From Epithemia pelagica (Eukaryota > Protista > Bacillariophyta): 64,000 bases of DNA. A program made the translations under genes and the position numbers. Of the stretch, positions 55,202 through 64,000 are shown piece after piece; position 1 is the first letter of the stretch; every line of letters starts with the position of its first letter. The notes below the pieces were generated by a model, which was given only the letters and a program-made list of their open reading frames with translations, was not told where the DNA came from and made no database searches. Location of the stretch: the NCBI GenBank assembly GCA_946965045.2, contig OX337233.1, forward strand, positions 3,410,001 through 3,474,000, written 5' to 3'.

Positions 55202-56489
55202 ATGATCAACCCATACAAATCGAGGAAGAAAACAGTTCCACCCTTGGTGGTCAAACCAAACTTTCCAGTCACAAAGATACCTCCATCTAATGAAGAAATG
55301 ATGATCAACCCATACGAGCTAGAGGAAATAGGGACTCCCATGGTCAAAACGCACTCTCCAACCCCGAAAACTTGCGACGGTGAACATGACAAGAAGCCAC
55401 CGCCTGCGTCCAAATCAATAATCAAATGTCATCCACTTCCTTCTTCTAAGCTTGACACCAAGGAAGAAGAAGAGAAGAAACTTCCACCAATCAAGCGCCC
55501 ATCGTATCAGTTGATCCCAAACCCATATAAGAAGAAGCTCAAGGTTGCTGATCCATCTACTATTCCAATCTTGCTATTACATGACTCTCCTCCGATGTGT
55601 AAACCAAGAGCAAACCGAGATAAGCTGCATCTCGAAGTTATTCGGTTCACTGAGCTTGTCAATAAAATCTATGGATCCAATGATGTTCCCCCAGAGCCAG
55701 TCTGTCCTTGGTGTTTTGTAACCGACAACCTTTCAACAGATCGTAGACTTACAGGAAAATGTTGGCATCGCTTCGGTAAATCTCTCTCATGTGCCGATTG
55801 TTGTTATGGTTGTGGAGTGCCCATGAACGGATGTGATTCAGGTGGGAATGAACGTTGTTGCACCAAAGCCCTGTATATCCATGATTCGATGAATATCACA
55901 CGCAAAGAATCAGACATAAACAAGGTTCCATTAGTGTGTAAGTCTTGCTTAAGGCCATGCAATTCTTATTCAGAATGCGTCTTCTCGCATGGTTGTTGGA
56001 ACTCTTGCAACAAGTACTTCGTCTGGCGATTCTGTCATATTGCTGGACGGGCGTTGGTGTACTCACAATTGAAGCCCAATTGCAAAGGACCAGGCACGAT
56101 TCCCAAACATGCACAGGATATTATCAAAAACGCAACAGAGTTGATGTACAACGAACTGCGAGATCCGATGGAGTCTTCTCAGTACACATCTCCATTTTGT
56201 CATGTTCTTGACCAAGACTCCTGGTCTAAATGGCTTGTCTCCATGTCTTTTGGTCGAGTCGATTAAACATGCACAGGATATTATCAAAAACGCAACAGAG
56301 TTGATGTACAACGAACTGCGAGATCCGATGGAGTCTTCTCAGTACACATCTCCATTTTGTCATGTTCTTGACCAAGACTCCTGGTCTAAATGGCTTGTCT
56401 CCATGTCTTTTGGTCGATTCTACAATTACATGCCGTTCTTCCGTCATTGTTACACAGCCTTGATGTCTTCATCGAAACCATTGTATTAA
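55202..56489 (+). CDS. Cys-rich protein A (frameshifted by an internal duplication)
   Basis: CPWC, CADCCYGCGVP, CKSC, NKYFVWRFC, WSKWL. The conserved tail FYNYMPFF..C is displaced out of frame by the 56105-56417 duplication. Confidence 0.7.
56105..56417 (+). repeat. 153 bp tandem duplication (period 160)
   Basis: 56105-56257 and 56265-56417 are identical, with the linker gtcgatt. Confidence 0.92.
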
Positions 56490-56550
56490 ACAAACTCTCG
56501 ACTTCTTCGAAAGGCAAACTGGGAACAGATAACAAGATTTATAATATATG

Positions 56551-57603
56551 TCAATGATCATTACCATCCATATTTCCACGTTCCAACTCCGCCGTCTCAG
56601 CCATTCTTTCGAGATAATTACGGAAGCACCTGACAAAGAGTGGCATGTAGTTGCGAAAACCAGCCGTAGAATGAGGCAACGAAAGCAACCATACTGCCCA
56701 TGTTTTATCAGATGATCGGGCATAATCGTATGGGGCACAATCGTTATCATCACAATAGAAACGGGATCGCAATTCCTCAAGCCAAACGCTGCGGACAATA
56801 GTAAACATTGGCCAGGTGATTTGACGGGGAAAGTTCACACCATCGTAAAATGATGTTATTTGAAAAGTACGCGCCACAATATGGCGTATGAGCATACAGA
56901 ACTGCCACACGAAGTGCTTGTTCTCAGATTCCACACAGACACTGCATGAATCCAAATCTGGTTGTGGAATCCCAAAAGGTATTGAGCGTTTGGGAATTCG
57001 GAAACATTCCCTACACACCTGACAATGAAATGTTGGATGCCTGTGGCGGTGACATAAGTTACAACGCATCAAAAAATTCTGCTGCCAGATAACCGAATAA
57101 TCGAGATATGCCGCACGTGTTACCACTGTAGTATTTCCATGATTGCACTGGTGATGTGGTGTGGGACGACCAAGGATAACACAGTATGGACAGAGTTTCT
57201 CACCTCTAAGCATTTCGTCCACCAACCGTTTGAATTCAGTCTGGATTTCATGACCGACACGCATCTCTTCTCTGAGTTGTTCTATGACTTGTGGTACATC
57301 TTCTTCTTCATTATCGTAATCAAAAAAGATCCTCCCAGCGTCCCTGTAACAAGGCCGATCATTCACTTCCAAGTTCCTGTCGTTGATCGCCTGCATTTCT
57401 CGTCGTCGTCTACGTTCCCGAACATAAAAATCTTCTTCCTCCGATTCATCTCCCGATTCATCCTCCGGTTGGTCCTCCGGATTGTCAGCCATTCTGTTTG
57501 CAGTCTCCTTCTCTTCGTTTTGATGTGAATGCAAATACCTGTACTTGTTGCTTCTTCTTTGGATTTTTATGAAACCTCTGCTGTCATATGAACGAGAGTT
57601 CAA
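56551..57603 (-). CDS. Cys-rich protein B, paralogue of A
   Basis: CPYC, CNLC, CQVCREC, CSVC, NKHFVWQFC, WAVWL..FRNYMPLF..C; acidic N-terminus. Confidence 0.75.
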   Translation of the reverse strand: MNSRSYDSRGFIKIQRRSNKYRYLHSHQNEEKETANRMADNPEDQPEDESGDESEEEDFYVRERRRRREMQAINDRNLEVNDRPCYRDAGRIFFDYDNEEEDVPQVIEQLREEMRVGHEIQTEFKRLVDEMLRGEKLCPYCVILGRPTPHHQCNHGNTTVVTRAAYLDYSVIWQQNFLMRCNLCHRHRHPTFHCQVCRECFRIPKRSIPFGIPQPDLDSCSVCVESENKHFVWQFCMLIRHIVARTFQITSFYDGVNFPRQITWPMFTIVRSVWLEELRSRFYCDDNDCAPYDYARSSDKTWAVWLLSLPHSTAGFRNYMPLFVRCFRNYLERMAETAELERGNMDGNDH

Positions 57604-57747
57604 CTGGAAATAGATCCACGGATAACCGATCGGTCGCGTTTGTGTACAGAAATCGTCACACTATACTATTCACTGTGAGTATTACCACATACTGTGAGGA
57701 TAAGTGTAATCATTCCCAACATGGTCGCGTTTCACTCGCTGGGCTGA

Positions 57748-58017
57748 CCTATCGGTGTGCCTTTGCAAAATTCCATGGACATGGAACAATGACATGCTTC
57801 TAGAACTCGAATGGCTCCAAATTTTCGTAGAGACCATTTGGGTATCATTTGCATGGACAGTAAAGGCTCTGAACTTGTCTATCATCAACCAAAAGACTTG
57901 CAATAGACCCTACCGGTGTGGTGTTGCCGTCGTCCCAAAATTCTATGGACATGGAGCAAAGACATGCTTCTAGAACTCGAATGGCTCCAAATTTTCTAGA
58001 GACCCTTGGGGTATCAT
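57748..58017 (+). repeat. Imperfect direct repeat (~85 bp core, period ~170) in an intergenic spacer
   Basis: aaaattc(c/t)atggacatgga..gacatgcttctagaactcgaatggctccaaatttt..gagacc..gggtatcat at 57767 and 57937. Confidence 0.85.
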
Positions 58018-58083
58018 AGGCAGTGATTGATGGTAGGTAGTGGTTTGCTGATAGGTGGACATGGTCTTGTATATTAGAAATCT

Positions 58084-61000
58084 CTATTCGTCACTAGATT
58101 TCTGGTCCGACGCCAAGCCTCCAATTTCATGAGAATTGTCATCCTCGTTTTGTGTTACGGTAGCACTCAAAGATCTTGCATTTGTGCTAAAAAACCAACC
58201 AATCGTATGATTTCCCACATTCTTGTCTTTCGGTGGTATGGAGTGTGTATGGACAGATGTTCCATGTCTGATGATTCTCCCGTCCCATGCGATCGCAATG
58301 CCATGGAATAACCGGATACAAAGCCCATGATAAGTCTTGTCCTTATGCTTTATAAGGACATTGGGAAGGACGAAATACCAATCGTTGGTGCTGCCCGGGT
58401 TGGTTTCTGTCCAGATTGTAAAGGACACTGATGCATCATGAATATCATAGTGGCTTGCATTCATCAAATCGCAACTCAAAATGATGGATGATGACACACC
58501 CCTTTCGTTTCCTCCCAATTTGTTTGGGACATCCAAACCGAAGTTTGTTTCCAGGTGTCTGAAAGCCGATAACACACCAGGGAATTTCCTCTCACAGAAT
58601 CGCCGAACACCTCCACAGATTTTTGGCAATATATTCATCATGTTTGGAGATATTTTGAAAAGTTTGTCAGAAAAGAATGTACTTCTGCCACCCGTTTTTG
58701 TGCACACACCAACAGATGTCATGGTCCCCATATCACCATGGTTACACCTTGCATTGGCTGATCTCTCTAGTGTACCGCTCTGCGCGAAGTGACATGACCT
58801 CTTGTGTAACAATGAAAGTAGGTTTTTGTCATTTTGCTGAAGTGTTGTCACTTTGACATGGCTGATGGTTTCGTTTTTACCCGCGTACCCACGTGTCCGA
58901 ACAATGAATGTTGTATCTTCTCCGGTTTCCCTTACATCAAACAGGAGCGGACGGACCGAAGTATCAGGCGGAGGGGACAGGTTTCTATACAATGCTCCAT
59001 GGACGTACTTTCGGCATCCAGTCTTGTTAGCACTGGCTTTATTCAGCAGTGTTTCACGATACCACACTCTAAGAGAATGTTGGTCATTTGGTGTCATTTT
59101 TGGTCTCGACTTTTCACTTGTATAATGATCAGGGGCCCAAAGTGGAGAACCACTTTCGACATCAGACGCTTGGTAGCATTCATGGACAACTCTCTTTGCA
59201 CTTTGTGTCCAATCAATACACCAACACTTGACAACCTTTTTGAGGAATGCCCCACCACTTGGTTGGCCGTCGGAATGTCGTAAGCGCAGCCAGGATATAG
59301 GTAGTGCTACCAAAGATGAAGTGCATTCCGATGTTGCATACCCAGTATTCATTATCATTGCCGAAGTATAAAAAATACCGGCCAAAGGGATGATAACGAT
59401 CACGTCATGGAAAATATGGTCCATACAATCATCACAGTTTTTCTTGGATGTGCGACAATGGAAGATTGTATCGTCAAACGCAGACCACACGGTTTTGGGG
59501 TATTTCCGATGTCCCTTATGTCGTTGACAGCGATTCAGTACACATTCTACTAAGAAGGCACATGGAGACCGGGTTGTTAAGAACTTCGGGTCACATTCTG
59601 TCACATGAAGCTTGTTGTCTTCGAAACAACAATGGCTTGCTGGATCTTCCGTCACCTCACCAACCATGTCTTTCATTTGTTCGTACATGTTAGGTAATTT
59701 TCCCATGATTGTCTGGAGGTCTGTTGGTGTGATGTCGTAGTCTTTCAGAACCTTTGTATAGCAGATGCCGAACATTCTCCGATCATCATTGCTACTGAGA
59801 CAGAGTGATAGTAAGTCGCGTAGTCTTTTTGCTACCTTGTCCATGTCAGGAATTCCAAAAAAACACATTTCTGTATGATCGGATTCATTTGGTTTGGAGA
59901 ATTTTGTCGTCAAATGGCTAGGTTTCTCAGCCTGTCGTCTCATATACTTCTTCATCGTTTCATGTGTTAGTGTCAACTTCGATAGGCCTTCTTGTCGTCG
60001 TTGCTTGTTTGTGGGTAGTCCCCTGGATGAACCAATGGTCTTACATCCTTTTCTTTTCCTTTCCGGTGAAGTATTCTGTTCGTCGGTATCGTCATGATTA
60101 CCGTGTATTGGAGACTCGTGAATCTCCTTCGTACCTCGTTCGTCTTGTATGCGCTGATCCGTTTGTGCTGTCGTGTTGATGCTACTTCCCTTGTTATGGT
60201 CGTTTTTTGTCATTTGGTCATCGTTGTTCTTGCTGCTACCTTTTTGTTTGTCGGTACTATCCTTTCCTTCTTTGGTTTGTGTCGCATCATCTTGGTTGAC
60301 GCTGTCATTGTGACAGCTAGACGGATTATCACTGTCAGGTGTGTTGTTGGCATTCTTAGACCCGTTATCTCCTGAATTTCCGTGTTGTTCGTAAGCAACA
60401 ATCTCTTGCTTGCCACATTCCTTGCCCTTTTGTTTGTCTGTAGAACCGTTGCCATCTCTGCTTTGTATCTCTTCCCCTTGTCCACATTCATCTTGGTGAC
60501 TGGAGGTTGCTTTCTGACCGCTCTGTCTGTTCCGATCATCCCTCTCCTGATTGTCCTTGGAATTCCAACCAAGTTTGGATAGGCCATCCTGCCCTCCACG
60601 ACTCGCTGTAGTGTGATGAATGTCCTTTTCTCCCTCTCTACGAGGTGATTGATTTGGTTGACTATTACCTCTATCAGTTGAGGGACGGTTAGGCTCTCTC
60701 TGACGGGTACGCCTAGAATGATCGTTGTGTCCAGGATGACTGTCTCTAAGTGACAAATGGTGCCTGGAATGTTCGTTGTATCCAGGGAATCTCTCCCAAT
60801 CCATCGGATGTCGATTAGACCATTGATTGTGGCTATCTCTGTATACCGAATGGTGCCTTGTATGTTCTCTGGAATGTTCGTTGTATCCAGAGAATCTCCT
60901 CCAATCCATCGAATGTCGATTAGACAATTGATTTTGATTATCATGTCTTCTTTTTCTATCCCGGTAAGTGTTTTCCATGATTTGATCTCTTCTCCCTCTA

Positions 61001-64000
61001 GACTCGTCTTGGTGGTTATCATGGTATCCATGTTGGTCTTGTCGTTCAATGACTCCTCTTCTAGTTTGTTGGTTATCTTGGTCGAAATGTGAATGACGAG
61101 ACCCATGATAATCTGATGTATTAGATCCTCTCGATCCTGGATGATCATCATTGAATCGATTCTGTCCATGCTGACAATAGACTGGCCTGTCATGTTCAGG
61201 TTGCGAACCCCACTCATTTGTTCTGGGGCTTCGAGCTGTCGACAGGACGTTGTTCTGATTCCGTCCTCCCCATACCCCATGTGGATTCTCTCTCTTGTCC
61301 TTGGTTCTTTCGTTATCATGTTGGGTTTGCTCTGTTCTATGTCTTTCTTCAGGCAGCTCACTCCGGTTACCCCAATTCGCAGGCATTGCAACGGAACGTG
61401 ATAAGTTATTTCCTCCCCATTGCTGGTATTTATGCTTCTCACCCTCTGGTGACTGATAGATTGCTTTGTGTTCAGAAGGATGAGTATATGTTCTTTGAAC
61501 AGAACGTGTCATAGGACAGAAGTACAATAGACTTTGAATATCCTGGCTGCACACCATACATGTGTTGTGGCCCCGCTGCATCCAATCTCCAACACATTCC
61601 CGACAAAATGTATGTCTACAAAGAAACAGTTCGCAATCCACTTTTCTGGTCATACAAATCGAACAAACCTCGGGCTTGTATTTTGTCTCAACTCCTCTTT
61701 GTTCTAGTGTTGACGGCTTGTTACTCACAGGTGATTTTTTTGATGATTCTTCAGGGCGTCCCTCGATCGTAGTTGTAGTGTCTTCGACTGTTTTCCTATG
61801 TCCCTCTTCAGGGAATCCCTCGTTCGTAGTTGTACTTTCTTCCGCTGTTTTCTTGTGTCCCTCTATCTTCTCCGCACCAAACATGTGGATGTTACTCTTG
61901 ATCTTTTGTCCACACTGGGGACACCATACATTATGATACTTGAACCGTATTTGTAAGCAATTTCCGTGAACCAGATGTCCACATGGGATGAGGGTACAGA
62001 CTTCGCTGTCTGTATCTGTTTTCAATGCCCTGTTACAGCATAAACAAGAATCTGGACAATATACAACGGTCGGTAGCAATCGATTTATATCTCTCTTGAA
62101 AAGTTTGGAGTCAAGTAACACCTCCTTGGGTTCTAATCCCACCTTCGGGCACGGTATGAACAATATGTCACCATCCGTAGTCCACGTCTCTGAACACCCA
62201 CCATCAGATAGATCGACGTTCTCCTGGTATTCGTATTTATCGGTACCACGTGAAAACCCCACTTCAACAGGATCGTCGTCGCTGTTGCCATCGAAATTGT
62301 CAGGTCCCAACACCAAAGGAGAAATCGAATTGCCACCAACAGCATGCTCTAGTCCTCTCGAAAATTCATTATTGTACCGTATTTGATTACTCGAAAAACA
62401 ATTGGATATCGTCATACTCTTGTCTATCTGACCTTCTTTCCGACCCGGGTTTGGTCGACTACTCATTATGTTTCCAAGCATTCTGATCACAATAGCTTGT
62501 GGCATAGGCTTTGGAGTATCCTTCTTAGGTTCTGGCATTTTCACAATGCGATATCGCCACTTGTTACATTCCTTGTTTGTATCATGTGTTGTTTCATCTT
62601 CTTCCACTAATGATGGGTCATAACATAGACTGACAGGCGGGGCACCTTTTGACGTATTGACCAGGTCCCATTTCCGTAGTACATGACGCGTCGTTCCTTC
62701 CCAGTATTGGTCTGATCGATTATTTATTGGTTCGTAGATATGAAGTATCTTTTTGTCGATTTCGAAAGCCAATAAAGCTGGGTCGCTGACATTAGTTGCT
62801 GTTGTCAAGGCAATGATCGCCAATATCAGTGTGTTCGGATCCTGTTGTCTCCATGATGACATAGGAATTTTCTTAGGAAATGGGTTCCTGTTTGCTTCAT
62901 CAAATGTTACCTTGTCAACATATACTAGGTTCTGATGGTTGTGATGGACCATCAATTTCAAACAAGTATAGAAAGACTCAATCGGCATGCCCGTCCTTGA
63001 AGTGTTGTAGCAAAGATCTCTCCGACGATGTCTATGTGGGATATGCAAAACACGCGTTGTAGGGTCCTGGTCATTCATCAACCCACTGTAAGACATGCAT
63101 AGTGTGCACCTAAATAATGTCTTGATTTCGACATGCGTGTTGTCCTTCCCCATACTCTTAGCATACTGGGTTGCTAGCTTCATGGCCGACTTGATGTTCT
63201 CGTTGTTTCTGTTAGCTTGTTTTTCCGCGAACTTGTCTAAGTAACCGGCACCAATGTTGTCGATGGATTCATTCGAGTCCCATGAGTCTTTTCTTCTCTT
63301 CTGGTTTACTATAGGATCAAGAACGTGTGGAATTTCAATGAAAGGCGGTGGTACCACACCATCACCTGTCTCCTCATTTCCCTTGTTTATGGAAGCACAA
63401 CGTCTCTAAGACAAAGAGATCAATCATTTTTGAGATTGTCTAATCCTTCTCGATTCTTGGCAAGTCGCTCGAACATCTTACCTCGTTGTCTGCGGTTTTT
63501 TCATTGTCGTCGCTTATAATCTTCCTGACCTCTTCCACACGGTCTGATTTGAGGGCAACTTGGTTCGACGTTGTAATGGAAGTTGGTAGTACTTGTTCCT
63601 TTCTCTCGTCAGTAGGATCATTACCAGCGACGACCTTCTGTCTCTTTTTTGCTGGTGAGTCTGTACTCCGACGTTGCACGGCAATTTCTTTCGATTTCCT
63701 GGCAGACAGTACCTCTTGTTTTTCTATATAATGCAGTAGATCGTAGAACATACCGCCATCGTCTCCGTTTCTTCCATATTGTACCAAAGAATCTCTTTCT
63801 TCAAGGTACATCTTGAACCATGTGTCAGGCATCGTATACAACAGTGCTTTCTCCATTTGGATATTGGAAATCATGTCCATGTTCTCGTCCGATGTCGATT
63901 CTGAGATGAAACGGTGTATGGCCACCATATGTTCGATAACCCATGCGATTTTACCAACAGGTACGAGACGCGGTTTCCTGTAAAGGGAGGAATCATCTAG
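58084..64000 (-). CDS. Large RING-RING-TET/JBP-like dioxygenase protein (5' end outside the window)
   Basis: Exon 58084-63405 joins exon 63482-64000 in frame via the gtaag...ttag intron 63406-63481; the frame stays open to the window edge. RING-H2 at ~61910-62046, RING-HC at ~61549-61666. C-terminal SHYD (58444-58452)..WDGRIIRHGTS (His 58264-58266) Fe(II)-binding triad. Confidence 0.8.

Larger units (their letters stand above)
48083..64000. mobile_element. Putative large Plavaka (CMC/CACTA-like) DNA transposon with cargo; right end outside the window
   Basis: Interrupts the Copia 3' LTR. Subterminal tandem repeats, intact transposase, co-clustered accessory genes. The right TIR and TSD were not seen, so the extent is inferred. 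Confidence 0.6.

Noticed and set aside
60766-60933. 105 bp-period repeat, initially CRISPR-like in spacing
   Set aside because: Only two copies, in-frame coding duplication (35 aa), eukaryotic context, no cas genes.
60210-61442. 410 aa same-strand alternative-frame ORF inside the TET-like gene
   Set aside because: It overlies a hydrophilic low-complexity linker depleted of the codons that create shifted-frame stops. The product is I/T/M-rich with no domain.

Overview
Eukaryotic, repeat-dense window, most likely from a diatom (inferred from CoDi-type Copia, Ambal-type LINE, short GT-AG introns and diatom-style gene families). No rRNA, tRNA or CRISPR array was recognised. The left half (1-33908) is a ~9.8 kb tandem segmental repeat, present as two full units plus the start of a third. 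Each full unit carries a Crinkler-like nuclease+kinase gene between ~410 bp inverted repeats, a Polo-like kinase fragment, an NTF2/SnoaL-like + tubby/LURP-like gene, two Kelch genes, a receptor guanylate cyclase 5' fragment and a 120 bp hairpin. Unit 1 contains an intact Ty3/Gypsy element (216 bp LTRs, GGGTG TSD) and a 5'-truncated APE-RT-RNaseH LINE (17 bp TSD, poly(T) 3' end). Unit 3 has the same Gypsy at the same site, degenerate and interrupted by a Copia element. That Copia has an extra upstream ORF, a piggyBac/hAT composite fragment between gag and pol, and a 3' LTR cut after 55 bp. From ~48083 to the window end lies the main candidate system: an intact Plavaka (CMC/CACTA-like) transposase, a divergent accessory gene, two convergent Cys-rich paralogues, and a >1900 aa spliced gene with two RING fingers and a C-terminal TET/JBP-like dioxygenase domain. 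I read this as a possible transposon-borne DNA-modification / anti-silencing module. All family assignments come from motif recognition by eye; no database searches were run.
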